Shown here: positions 49,801-58,704 of the stretch, one piece after another
Position numbering within the stretch: position 1 is the stretch's first letter
Layout: every line of letters begins with the position of its first letter
Sequence record: KJ019142.1
DNA: 64,000 bases
Strand: one strand, 5' to 3'
Notes under the pieces: generated by a model
Database searches by the model: none
What the model was told of the DNA's origin: nothing
Seen by the model: the letters and a program-made list of their open reading frames with translations, nothing else
Translations under genes and position numbers: made by a program

Positions 49801-52731
49801 ATTGGTACTATTCCAAACTTGGTAAGTACTACTGCAACCATCACAACTCTAAATGTTGAGAACCTTGTCAGTAGTGGTAGCACTAGTGGCGGTGGCGGAA
49901 CTGGTATCGGTTCTACCGCTATCAATTCACCTAACCTTAATATTTCTGGTCAGGCAAACTTCAACAACGTCAACGTTTCTGGTGTTGCCACGGTTCCTGA
50001 TCTAACTGTAACCAACTCCTTTACTAATACTGGTTATTCAACCATCACTGGTGACGCCGAAGTTGGTGGAAATCTATGGTTGAAGGGTGACCTCAATGTT
50101 ATCGGTTCCCAGAATGTTAGCGAGTTCTTCGCTACCAATATGGAGATCTCTGGTATCGCTACCTTCGGTACCGTAAAGGTCAACAGTAATGTCCATTGTG
50201 ACGATACTGTATTTGTTGGCGGTGCTGTAACAATCACTGGTCCAATCACAGCAGTGGATATCTTTGCCACTGGTATTGGAACCATTCCTGTAGCAGATGT
50301 TGGACATGCCGATGTTGATTCTATCAATGTCACTGGTATCTCTACTATCTCTCAGGTTGATATCGGTAAGATTACCGTAGGTGACTTCACTGTAACTGGA
50401 TTTGCAACTGTCACTGACGGACTTGGAGTTATCGGTCCTGTCTCATTTGGTGGTTCTATCACACAACTACCTCTACCAACTGGTCAAGGTGGTGTTTGGT
50501 TTGACAACTCTGTTGTGGGTGTCGGCACACTACTCGCCACTAATGCATCAATTAGCGGACTCCTCGGAGTTGGTAATTCATTGGGTGTTGCTGGTGATGC
50601 CTACATCGATGGAAACATCATTGGTTCTGGTGGTACTATCTCTAATTACAACGAGATTATTACACCTCTCCTAACCGCAACTGATATCGATGCAGCTACA
50701 CTCGATGTTAGTGGTAACGTAACCATTGATGGAAACGTAGACCTTGGTGACACATCTGCCGACTTCGTTAGAATCAACGGTAGAGTAAGTACTTCCTTTA
50801 TTCCTTCTACTGATAGTGCAACTGACTTAGGTAGCAATGGTCTCAGGTGGAAAGAACTCTTCGTTGATAAACTCACCCTCACAGATGATGCTGCTATTGG
50901 TGGTGATCTATCTGTTGGTGGTAGTGTATCTGCCGATTATGTAGATACTACTGAACTCAATGTCAGTGGTGTTGCAACCTTCGCTCAGATTTCAATTGGT
51001 GGTGGCGGCGGTGGTATTAGTACCAACGGCGTTATTATTAACAATGTTACTGTTACTGACCAGAGTACTCTTAACAACCTCATTGTTTCTGGTGTATCAA
51101 CCTTCGTTGGTGTTTCTACCTTCAAGGGTGATGTCTATATCGATGGTAACCTAATCATTGATGGTGATAACAGTCAGGATCTAATCAGTGGTACTAACCT
51201 ACTCGTCAGTGGTATTGCTACCATCGGCACACTAGGTGTAACTACAAACTTAACTGTTGGTGGTGATGTACTTGTCAGTGGTGCTATGACCGCTGGTTCA
51301 TACAATGGTGATGGTTCTCAGTTAGATAATCTACCTGCAGCATCAATCACAACCTCCATAACACCTACAACTAGGGTGAATGGTGATACACTACAGACTG
51401 GTGATCTATGGTATGACTCTTCTGAGTTACGCCAGTATACTTACTATGATGATGGTGGATCCGTTCAGTGGGTACCTTCAGCCCCAGAACCTACTATTCC
51501 TGATTTTACCTACGCAGGTAACACAGGTATTGGTACTCTATCCTTAGGGGATGATACTTTCTCTGTTGTTGGTGATGGTACAAACGTAGTCACTACTGCA
51601 AGTGGTGTAACTACTACCGTAACCATTTCACTATCCGATAGTGTGGCAATCGCCGGTTCTATGACCGCTGGTAGCTTCCTTGGTGAGAACCTCAATGTTT
51701 CTGGTGTATCAACCTTCGTTGGCGTTACAACCTTCAGAGGTGATGTCTTCATCGAAGGTAACCTAATCATTGATGGTGATGAGAGTCAGGATCTAGTCAG
51801 TGGTACTAACCTAATTATTACTGGTATTGCTACCATTGGTACATTAGGAGTAACTACTACTACTACCAATACTCTCACCGTACTCGATACCTTCACTCTA
51901 GATAACCCAGTCAATTCTATCGGAATTAGTTCTGATCTAGGTGGTGCCGGTGCTGCTCACACAGCTCTTGCTTCCCAGTTAGCAATCAAACAATACATTG
52001 ATGCTAATAACTCAGATCAAAACCTAAACTTCACTGGTGATACTGGTTCTGGCTCGATTGGTCTTGGTACTGAATTCCTAGAGGTTCGTGGTACAGCACA
52101 ACAGGTTACAACCATTGGTGTTGGTAACAGTGTTGTTATTGGACTACCTAACACAGTAAGAGTACCACAGAGACTATATGTTGGTGGTGGTGCCTTTACT
52201 CAGGTTATGGATGCCAACTCCGCTTCTGGTGTGGTATTTGCCAATAAGATTGTTACGATCAACAAAGGTCTAACCCTCAGTAGTAGTGACCTAACCGGAG
52301 TTCGTAACCTAGTTCAGACTGGTATTGCAACTCTCGGTACAGTTAACTTCTCTGGTGTAACAACCACTGTAGGTAACGCATTCGTTGGTAATGACTTAAG
52401 TGTCTTAGGCACAGTCAACGCTAATGACTTCAACTCTACTTCTGACGCTACTAGAAAAGAAGACGTAGTTGAGATTGAAGATGCACTCGCTAAGGTCCTA
52501 GACCTACGTGGTGTAACATTCAACTGGAAGAATGGTGAAGGATCATCTGCTGGTGTTCTTGCACAAGAAGTTCAGATGGTTCTACCTGAGATTGTTAAGG
52601 GTGATGTAGGCAATATGTCCGTTCAGTATAACGGTATTATAGCACTTCTCGTCCAAGCAGTCAAGGAACTCTCTTCTGAAGTTGAAGAACTTAAGAGAAC
52701 CAAGAGTGACAAGAGAAGGAAGAAATCCTGA
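46861..52731 (+). CDS. long tail fibre with LamG-like domain and C-terminal peptidase S74 chaperone (1956 aa)
   Basis: GTGDFTAEFW...WYHIAV...FLDELRIEKG; GDLWYDS module; SDATRKEDV...GVLAQEVQ. Confidence 0.85.
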   Translation: MAYLLSNGGVIINDSREIVNAGVVTATAFFGDGSGLSGIATISDGGISIGDANITGNLNVSGISTVEFLNASDINVGGALTVTGDLSVGGDLSFDEVSGRNLNITGISTLGTVKISNGIVTATSGVVTYYGDGSNLTGIDITDSDVRLRNLSVTGVSTFTGDVSFGANASLVGDLTSGRNANLSGIATVNDIYIDNLLYDSNNNVGAAGSILVTAGGKLQWLPPDQAGIATVFQPGNTFFVSKNGDDSSDGLSMEKSFATISYALSQISSGTNNVLLITAGDYEEVFPLSVPDGLTVKGVGQRAVLVRPTSATETNDGFQLGNASTVEDLTIGQMFKPQGASNNNYAFTYRSGATISSRGPYVSRVTVLNKGSVTSTSDPFGYGSADAYPTTAPGGAGVLADGSVLNSASLEASFLLNEVTTFTAGNIGIDMVNGARVEWLNGFSYFASEGVKGRADQSTGLYGAGKTRLRVENASGGLVNGNTIELYDIDGTTSLASGTIDGTSGAYTTLTTGGTGTFDIAGSRKAKAASFVDTASLSTTQAKFGNASLDVTGQSTDCINVDPSSDFGFGTGDFTAEFWLYRTSATAGATILDMRDAADTDSALSIRENTSDVIEVLVGNSVVLTSSTSAIGNAAWYHIAVARLGSTMELFINGAQEDSASNSSDLGLSQSLTFGADYANANGTISFLDELRIEKGAAKYTNPFTPSTVPLEGDRGTAILLHFDGSNGATEAPDDIQIFQDIRISGGNTADRLSLADYSQFGAELRSSGCAVEYGNKGVVGDGAGVALRLIGINFSFVGALGDLTNDPNLAVQANEVTETNNAEVSFTSIDQGGDFRVGESFYVNQETGDVSFNNTTTDLTSLSSLTITDGTNNSLITPTSGRFGNVQISGQQVASVSGDLDLVTAGGGEVNIYGNTNVVGILTAQVVEINAIQKGDTSIALDDTGTDGTIRFNTDGSEAGRFTKDNDLAVTHNFRVGGIGTIPNLVSTTATITTLNVENLVSSGSTSGGGGTGIGSTAINSPNLNISGQANFNNVNVSGVATVPDLTVTNSFTNTGYSTITGDAEVGGNLWLKGDLNVIGSQNVSEFFATNMEISGIATFGTVKVNSNVHCDDTVFVGGAVTITGPITAVDIFATGIGTIPVADVGHADVDSINVTGISTISQVDIGKITVGDFTVTGFATVTDGLGVIGPVSFGGSITQLPLPTGQGGVWFDNSVVGVGTLLATNASISGLLGVGNSLGVAGDAYIDGNIIGSGGTISNYNEIITPLLTATDIDAATLDVSGNVTIDGNVDLGDTSADFVRINGRVSTSFIPSTDSATDLGSNGLRWKELFVDKLTLTDDAAIGGDLSVGGSVSADYVDTTELNVSGVATFAQISIGGGGGGISTNGVIINNVTVTDQSTLNNLIVSGVSTFVGVSTFKGDVYIDGNLIIDGDNSQDLISGTNLLVSGIATIGTLGVTTNLTVGGDVLVSGAMTAGSYNGDGSQLDNLPAASITTSITPTTRVNGDTLQTGDLWYDSSELRQYTYYDDGGSVQWVPSAPEPTIPDFTYAGNTGIGTLSLGDDTFSVVGDGTNVVTTASGVTTTVTISLSDSVAIAGSMTAGSFLGENLNVSGVSTFVGVTTFRGDVFIEGNLIIDGDESQDLVSGTNLIITGIATIGTLGVTTTTTNTLTVLDTFTLDNPVNSIGISSDLGGAGAAHTALASQLAIKQYIDANNSDQNLNFTGDTGSGSIGLGTEFLEVRGTAQQVTTIGVGNSVVIGLPNTVRVPQRLYVGGGAFTQVMDANSASGVVFANKIVTINKGLTLSSSDLTGVRNLVQTGIATLGTVNFSGVTTTVGNAFVGNDLSVLGTVNANDFNSTSDATRKEDVVEIEDALAKVLDLRGVTFNWKNGEGSSAGVLAQEVQMVLPEIVKGDVGNMSVQYNGIIALLVQAVKELSSEVEELKRTKSDKRRKKS

Positions 52732-52799
52732 TAACTTGCCATACTCCTTCTGATCCTGTATAATACCTTTGTGGAGGATCAGAAGTTGGCTCTAAGCTT

Positions 52800-52823
52800 A
52801 GACCCCTTATGGGGTCTTTTTTT
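52800..52823 (+). terminator. rho-independent terminator
   Basis: AGACCCC-ttat-GGGGTCT followed by a T run. Confidence 0.85.
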
Positions 52824-52862
52824 ATGCCATAATAAATAGAAGTGATAACTCCATGAAGACAC

Positions 52863-53231
52863 ATGTCTCTTTCAATTACTACTGCCACTACTACACATGA
52901 TGGTGTAGTTACTGATGTACAATGGGCTTATACTACATCTGAAGGTATTATCTCAGGTGGTCACACAATGCAAGGAACACCTGGTAGTGTTACATTAGAA
53001 AATGTTAATGAATCTGTTATATCTGGTTGGTTAGAAGAACAGATGGATACCTCACACTTTGATAGACTTTGTTCTGAAAGAGGTTTTCCAACAGAAGAGG
53101 AAGAAGAAGACAGAACCTTCAACTTCTCAGAAACAGGTACAATGGAAGAAGTAGTTGCACCTGAGCCTGAGCCTGAACCTGAAGATAATGTTGGTATTGC
53201 AACCGATGGTTCATCTGGTATTTCAACTTAG
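52863..53231 (+). CDS. acidic fibre-associated hypothetical protein
   Basis: 122 aa; AATAAATA at 52831; ends VGIATDGSSGIST. Confidence 0.65.
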   Translation: MSLSITTATTTHDGVVTDVQWAYTTSEGIISGGHTMQGTPGSVTLENVNESVISGWLEEQMDTSHFDRLCSERGFPTEEEEEDRTFNFSETGTMEEVVAPEPEPEPEDNVGIATDGSSGIST

Positions 53232-53267
53232 AAACTTTTAATCTTCCAAAAGAACAAAATTATTCTA

Positions 53268-53942
53268 ATGTCTCAAATCAATTTCCCAAATATCCCATCA
53301 GATGGTGATGAGTTTTTGGCACCCAATGGTACAACTTACCAATATGATTCCGACACAGGTCAGTGGAAGATTCTATTAGGTCCTGGTGCCGATGGTCCCA
53401 AGGGTCCTATAGGTCCTGAAGGTGCTACTGGATCCACAGGTCCCGATGGTCCTACTGGTGCTACTGGAACGGATGCTACAAGAATAACTGGTGAGATTAT
53501 TGCATTTGGTGGAACTACTGTTCCATCTGGTTGGCTTGAATGTAATGGTCAAGCTGCTCCTAGTGCTCTTGCTGCTGTATTAGGTATATCTAATGTACCA
53601 GACTTACGTGGTGAGTTTATAAGAGGATTTGATAACGGTAGAGGTGTTGATAGTGGCCGTGCCATTCTCACCGCTCAGGGTGATGAATTTGAGAGTCACA
53701 CACACATTCAAAATTCCCATAACCATACACAAAATCCACACACTCACCAAGCAAATTACACACCCTTAACCTATGTGGCGGGGCAACCACAAGCAAATGG
53801 ATTGGTTACCGCGGTAACAGCTCTAACAAACATTTCCACAAACACAGCAACTAATATTGCAAACACAGCAACCAACCAAAGCACAGGTGGCACTGAAACC
53901 CGTCCACGCAACATATCTCTGATGTACATCATTAAAACCTAA
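53268..53942 (+). CDS. tail collar domain fibre protein
   Basis: Collagen-like GPx repeats, GEIIAFGG..PSGWLECNG, PDLRGEFIRG, HxH motifs, ETRPRNISLMYIIK. Confidence 0.85.
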   Translation: MSQINFPNIPSDGDEFLAPNGTTYQYDSDTGQWKILLGPGADGPKGPIGPEGATGSTGPDGPTGATGTDATRITGEIIAFGGTTVPSGWLECNGQAAPSALAAVLGISNVPDLRGEFIRGFDNGRGVDSGRAILTAQGDEFESHTHIQNSHNHTQNPHTHQANYTPLTYVAGQPQANGLVTAVTALTNISTNTATNIANTATNQSTGGTETRPRNISLMYIIKT

Positions 53943-53946
53943 ACCC

Positions 53947-54594
53947 ATGTCTCAAATTAATTTCCCAAATAGCCCATCCGATGGTGAAGAGTTTCTAGCA
54001 TCTAATGGAACTACGTATCGATACGATAGTTCTACGGGTCAGTGGAAGATTCTATCAGGTCCTGGTGTTCAGGGACCCGCTGGTAATACAGGTCCTACTG
54101 GATCTATTATTATGTGGGGAACTTCAACACTACCAGAGGGATATATCGAATGTAATGGTCAATCTACTTCTGGATATACAGCTTTAGCTGCGTTATATGG
54201 TTCCAATGTCCCAGATCTTCGTGGTGAGTTTGTAAGGGGTTGGGATAACGGTAAGGGTACTGATAGTGGTCGGGCTCTATTGGGTAGTCAAGGCGAATCG
54301 TTTAAAAGCCACACACACACTCAGAATTCACACAATCACAGTCAGAATTCACACAATCACACACAGAATCCCCACAAACACACGCAACAACTGGGTGGAA
54401 CTATTTCATCTGACCTTTTGCAATCCGGGAGCTATCGGATTGGTAACGCAAATTCTGCATCAGTTAGTAATACCACAGCAACCAATAAATCTACTACAGC
54501 AACCAATAATGCAGCCACAGCAACCAACCAAAGCACAGGTGATACTGAAACCCGTCCACGCAACATATCTTTGATGTATATTATTAAGACCTAG
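53947..54594 (+). CDS. tail collar domain fibre protein (paralogue)
   Basis: GSIIMWG..PEGYIECNG, PDLRGEFVRG, HxH motifs, ETRPRNISLMYIIK. Confidence 0.85.
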   Translation: MSQINFPNSPSDGEEFLASNGTTYRYDSSTGQWKILSGPGVQGPAGNTGPTGSIIMWGTSTLPEGYIECNGQSTSGYTALAALYGSNVPDLRGEFVRGWDNGKGTDSGRALLGSQGESFKSHTHTQNSHNHSQNSHNHTQNPHKHTQQLGGTISSDLLQSGSYRIGNANSASVSNTTATNKSTTATNNAATATNQSTGDTETRPRNISLMYIIKT

Positions 54595-54630
54595 TGTGAT
54601 ATAATAAATACACTGTAAGAATACTATATT

Positions 54631-54864
54631 ATGTACACCCTATACTCCAAACTAAACTGTTCTCATTGTAAAGCAATTGAGAATGTATTTGATCTAAAGA
54701 ACATCCCATACACCAAGAAAACACTAGGTCTAGACTTCACTAAGGTGGAGTTTATGGAACAATTTGGTAGAACTACTTTCCCCAGAGTAGTCAGTAATGA
54801 AGGAGTGGTATTGGGTGGTGCTAGTGAAACTGTTAAAATCCTAAAAGAACAAGGTATCCTTTAA
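54631..54864 (+). CDS. glutaredoxin
   Basis: YSKLNCSHC, TFPRV, GG. Confidence 0.85.
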   Translation: MYTLYSKLNCSHCKAIENVFDLKNIPYTKKTLGLDFTKVEFMEQFGRTTFPRVVSNEGVVLGGASETVKILKEQGIL

Positions 54865-55076
54865 TGTCTCAAATTAATTTTCCAAGTTCACCAGATAATG
54901 GTGATGAGTTTTTAGCCGGTAATGGCACAACATATCAATATGACAGTGCAACAGGTCAGTGGAAGATTCTATCAGGTCCTGGATCTCAAGGTCCTATAGG
55001 TCCTGCAGGTCCTCTTGGATCTACAGGTGCTACTGGACCTACCATTGATATTGGTGCCCTACCAGAACTTAGTTGA
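54864..55076 (+). CDS. short fibre-module protein (N-module plus collagen-like repeat)
   Basis: MSQINFP...GQWKIL as in the two collar genes, GPx repeats, IDIGALPEL end. Confidence 0.7.
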   Translation: MSQINFPSSPDNGDEFLAGNGTTYQYDSATGQWKILSGPGSQGPIGPAGPLGSTGATGPTIDIGALPELS

Positions 55077-55110
55077 TATGTTATAATGTATCATAGTAAC
55101 TCTATGATAT

Positions 55111-55869
55111 ATGGCTGCCCCTGTTGTTAAGATTTTGACTCCTGCATATATGGGTCAAGTGACCACACAATATATGCATAGTCTTATTGAATTTATACCA
55201 TATGCTATGAGTAATGGTATAAATGTAACCTTTGAGACAATGCCCAACTGTTCTCTCATCAGTTTGGGTAGGAATGTGATGCAGTCTAGAGCACTCAGAG
55301 ATCCCACATGGACTCATCTAATGTGGATTGATTCTGATATTAGATTTCCAAAGGAAGCTATTATCAGTATGTTATTTGATGATAAACCTATTATGGGTGG
55401 TTTCTATCCAAAGAAGTCACTACCCATTGACATGGCAAGTTCTCCCATGCCTGGTGGTGAAGAAACTGAGCAACTATTTGAAACTGATTATGTTGCCACT
55501 GGTTTCATGTTAATTAAACGTGAAGTCATTGAGAAGATGCAAGATTCATACCCCGAACGTAAGTTTTTCTATCAGGGTAGTGACGAATATTATGATTTAT
55601 ATGCACCTTACATCGATGAAGATTCACCTAATAGATTATTTCTCACTGAAGACTACGCCTTCTGTCGTCTAGCACGTAAGATAGGTTATAAGTCATACAT
55701 GTCCAAGAGATTTACTCTAGGTCATATTGGTGTCTATGAGTTTAATTGGAATACAGAAAAGAATCTATCACAAGCATATATTCAGAAGTATGCACAACCA
55801 AAACAAAAACTAGAAAAGGTTGAAGGTGATAGTGAAGATTACAATAAACTAGATGATCTTCCACAATAA
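55111..55869 (+). CDS. putative GT-A glycosyltransferase
   Basis: ILTPAY, HLMWIDSDI (DxD), TEDYAFC, LGHIG. Confidence 0.7.
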   Translation: MAAPVVKILTPAYMGQVTTQYMHSLIEFIPYAMSNGINVTFETMPNCSLISLGRNVMQSRALRDPTWTHLMWIDSDIRFPKEAIISMLFDDKPIMGGFYPKKSLPIDMASSPMPGGEETEQLFETDYVATGFMLIKREVIEKMQDSYPERKFFYQGSDEYYDLYAPYIDEDSPNRLFLTEDYAFCRLARKIGYKSYMSKRFTLGHIGVYEFNWNTEKNLSQAYIQKYAQPKQKLEKVEGDSEDYNKLDDLPQ

Positions 55870-55897
55870 ATACTAACACTAGAACTACCACAAACAA

Positions 55898-57052
55898 ATG
55901 TCTATAAGAACTGCTTATTACTTAATGCAAAGAAGTGGCGTTAATTATAAGGTTTCGGGATTAGATCTTATAAACAGAGACACTTCTATACTTAATGCTG
56001 GTGATGTATTTTTGGTTGAAAGGAGTGGAACTGCATACAAATTTACAGTATCACTTGATGCAGGAGGGGATGTAGATACATCTAGCATTCAAGATGATGA
56101 TCTGTTTGTTTGTTTTATTGATGGATCTGAAAAGAAAATTAATGGATTAGAGTTTAGTGCTCTAGTTAGTCCGAACGTATGGGAAACCAAAGACAGTTGG
56201 ACTCATATTATTACAGATATAGAATACGAATGGCAAAGCGTATATGGTTATGATCATGATGGTGTCTATCGATTAGATGGAACATTAATAGCTGCTGCTG
56301 CTTCCAGCACCGAGCTCACGACTGAATCAGAATTTGTGATCACTGGTAATAGTTCTACTGTGAGTGCAGGCGGCATTGATGTTAGAGTAGCGTGGCTTAG
56401 TAACATAGGCACAAGAACAGACTTAAGTCGTGCGTTCGAAGATCTACCCGATCTGACTTTATTTGATGGGTATTGGGATACGACCAACGTTACAAACATG
56501 GCACAGATGTTCTACAACGTTGGACCTTTTACAGCTGACGTTAGTAGTTGGAATACATCTAATGTGACTAATATGTCGGATATGTTCTATCGCTCGGGTT
56601 GGGGTGATTACACCTTCAATGTTACAGGGCTTTCTTCCTGGGATACAACGAATGTCACATGTATGTCGTTTATGTTTGAAGGCATTGATCTAACTGAAGA
56701 TATTACTGGTTGGGATGTTTCTAATGTAACTAATATGGCGGGTATGTTCGAGTTCGGTATCTTCAACCAAAACATTGGTGGTTGGGATGTTTCTAATGTA
56801 ACTAATATGAGTTATATGTTCCACGAGAGTAACACCTTCAATCAAAACATTGGTGGTTGGGATGTTGCTAATGTAACTAATATGGATGCTATGTTCTATT
56901 ACTATAGTGGTGGACAATTTGCTGGACAATTCAACCAAAACCTAAGTGGATGGTGTGTAACTAACATTGGATCTAAACCTAATGACTTCGATACTAATTC
57001 TGGTTTCGCAGGTCAGACCGCCCTACAACCACAGTGGGGTACTTGCCCATAA
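55898..57052 (+). CDS. BspA/DUF285-type repeat surface protein
   Basis: Six or more W(D/N)(T/V)(S/T)NVTNMxxMF repeats ending in LSGWCVTNI. Confidence 0.85.
   Translation: MSIRTAYYLMQRSGVNYKVSGLDLINRDTSILNAGDVFLVERSGTAYKFTVSLDAGGDVDTSSIQDDDLFVCFIDGSEKKINGLEFSALVSPNVWETKDSWTHIITDIEYEWQSVYGYDHDGVYRLDGTLIAAAASSTELTTESEFVITGNSSTVSAGGIDVRVAWLSNIGTRTDLSRAFEDLPDLTLFDGYWDTTNVTNMAQMFYNVGPFTADVSSWNTSNVTNMSDMFYRSGWGDYTFNVTGLSSWDTTNVTCMSFMFEGIDLTEDITGWDVSNVTNMAGMFEFGIFNQNIGGWDVSNVTNMSYMFHESNTFNQNIGGWDVANVTNMDAMFYYYSGGQFAGQFNQNLSGWCVTNIGSKPNDFDTNSGFAGQTALQPQWGTCP
56708..56885 (+). repeat. 72-75 bp tandem coding repeat
   Basis: GGTTGGGATGTT(T/G)CTAATGTAACTAATATG at 56708, 56780 and 56855. Confidence 0.85.
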
Positions 57053-57669
57053 TGAGTAAGGTTGATATTGTTATTCCTTGTCATGAGTTATATGAAATTC
57101 TTGGAGAATGTATTGAATCAGTTTTAGAAACCAAATCTCACAATCCAAATACCTTCGGTCAAGTTATTCTAGTTGATGATGACTCCTCATCAGAGGGAAC
57201 ACTAGAAGAATACTTCAGTGACAAATATCCTGATGTTAAATACGTCAGGAATCCAAACAGGATGTATTTTAGTGGAACTGTTAATCATGGTTCTGACTAT
57301 GTTACATCCAAATACTTTATGATGCTAAATTCTGATACTCTAATTGAAACTCCAAATTGGTTGGAGGTTATGGTAGAGGAATATAACTCTGATGATAAGA
57401 TTAAGATTATTAGTGCAAACTTTAATGATCGCAAACCATACTTTTCTGGAGGACCATTTGTGTGTGGTGTTTGTCTTATGATGGAGATTGATTTGTTCAG
57501 ACAAATAGGAAAGTTAAAATCTGATGGTAAATTCATTCACTGGCATAGTGATAAGAAATTACAGAATGATGTACGTCGTATGGGATATTTGAATGCTTTA
57601 TCCACTGCTAAGATAAAACATTTGGGAGGCAGATCCCGCGGATATATTCCTACTGAATTGGAAAGATGA
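57052..57669 (+). CDS. family 2 glycosyltransferase
   Basis: VDIVIPC, ILVDDDS, MLNSDT. Confidence 0.75.
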   Translation: MSKVDIVIPCHELYEILGECIESVLETKSHNPNTFGQVILVDDDSSSEGTLEEYFSDKYPDVKYVRNPNRMYFSGTVNHGSDYVTSKYFMMLNSDTLIETPNWLEVMVEEYNSDDKIKIISANFNDRKPYFSGGPFVCGVCLMMEIDLFRQIGKLKSDGKFIHWHSDKKLQNDVRRMGYLNALSTAKIKHLGGRSRGYIPTELER

Positions 57670-58658
57670 AAAGAGTTCTTGTGACAGGTGGTGCTGGTTT
57701 CATCGCTCACCATCTAATCTTAATGATATTAGAAACTACAGACTGGGAGATTATTAGTTTAGATAGATTAGACTTCAGTGGTAATTTGAATAGGTTATAT
57801 GATATTCTATTAGAATCTCCTCATAAGTCTAGAGTTAAGATAGTATATCATGACCTAAAGGCACCTATCAATCCATTGGTGGCATCAGATATTGGAAAGG
57901 TAGATTATATTCTACACCTTGCTGCTGGATCACATGTTGATCGTAGTATTGAGTATCCTTTAGAGTTTGTTATGGATAATGTTGTGGGAACCTGCAACAT
58001 ATTAGACTTTGCTAGAACACAGGATCTGATTCGGTTTATCTACTTTGGAACTGATGAAGTGTTCGGTCCCGCTCCTACAGGTGTAAGTTATAAGGAGAAT
58101 GATAGATACAACTCAACCAATCCATATAGTGCCAGTAAGGCAGGTGGTGAGGAACTAGCAGTATCATTTCAAAATACCTATGGTGTTCCAGTGTATATCA
58201 CACACACTATGAATGTATTTGGACAGAGACAACACCCAGAGAAGTTCATACCTATGTGTATTAAACGCATCAGGGACGGTCAAGTTGTAACTATTCATAG
58301 TGATGAGACTAAAACCATACCAGGATCTAGACACTACATTCATGCGGAGGATGTATCTGATGCTATTATGTTCCTCCTATCCTATGAGAGTGATGAGAAG
58401 TGTCCCAAGTTTAATATTGTAGGAACAGAAGAGTTGAATAACTTACAACTAGCACAGATCATTGCTGAAATTCAAGGAAAGGAATTAAACTATGAGATGG
58501 TTGATTTCCACACATCAAGACCGGGACATGATCTTCGATACTCATTGTGTGGGGAGAAAATGAAGTCATTGGGTTGGGAACCAAAGAATATAAGAGATAG
58601 GATTGAAGAAGTTGTTGATTGGACACTTGATAATGAACGTTGGATTAGTGTGTTATAA
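57666..58658 (+). CDS. rfbB: dTDP-glucose 4,6-dehydratase-like
   Basis: GGAGFIA, HLAAGSHVDRSI, TDEVFG, PYSASKAG, RPGHDLRY. Confidence 0.85.
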   Translation: MKRVLVTGGAGFIAHHLILMILETTDWEIISLDRLDFSGNLNRLYDILLESPHKSRVKIVYHDLKAPINPLVASDIGKVDYILHLAAGSHVDRSIEYPLEFVMDNVVGTCNILDFARTQDLIRFIYFGTDEVFGPAPTGVSYKENDRYNSTNPYSASKAGGEELAVSFQNTYGVPVYITHTMNVFGQRQHPEKFIPMCIKRIRDGQVVTIHSDETKTIPGSRHYIHAEDVSDAIMFLLSYESDEKCPKFNIVGTEELNNLQLAQIIAEIQGKELNYEMVDFHTSRPGHDLRYSLCGEKMKSLGWEPKNIRDRIEEVVDWTLDNERWISVL

Positions 58659-58704
58659 TAATGAGGTTAGGGGTATAAATAACTAAAAATAGGAGGCTAT
58701 TAAG

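Noticed and set aside
21375-52888. Many 60-274 aa minus-strand and alternate-frame ORFs inside the giant genes
   Set aside because: They are shadows of repetitive G/T/V-rich coding sequence with biased codons, with no RBS, promoter or recognisable motif.
53268-57052. Diversity-generating retroelement acting on fibre or BspA repeats
   Set aside because: No reverse transcriptase in the window, and differences between repeat copies are not confined to adenines.
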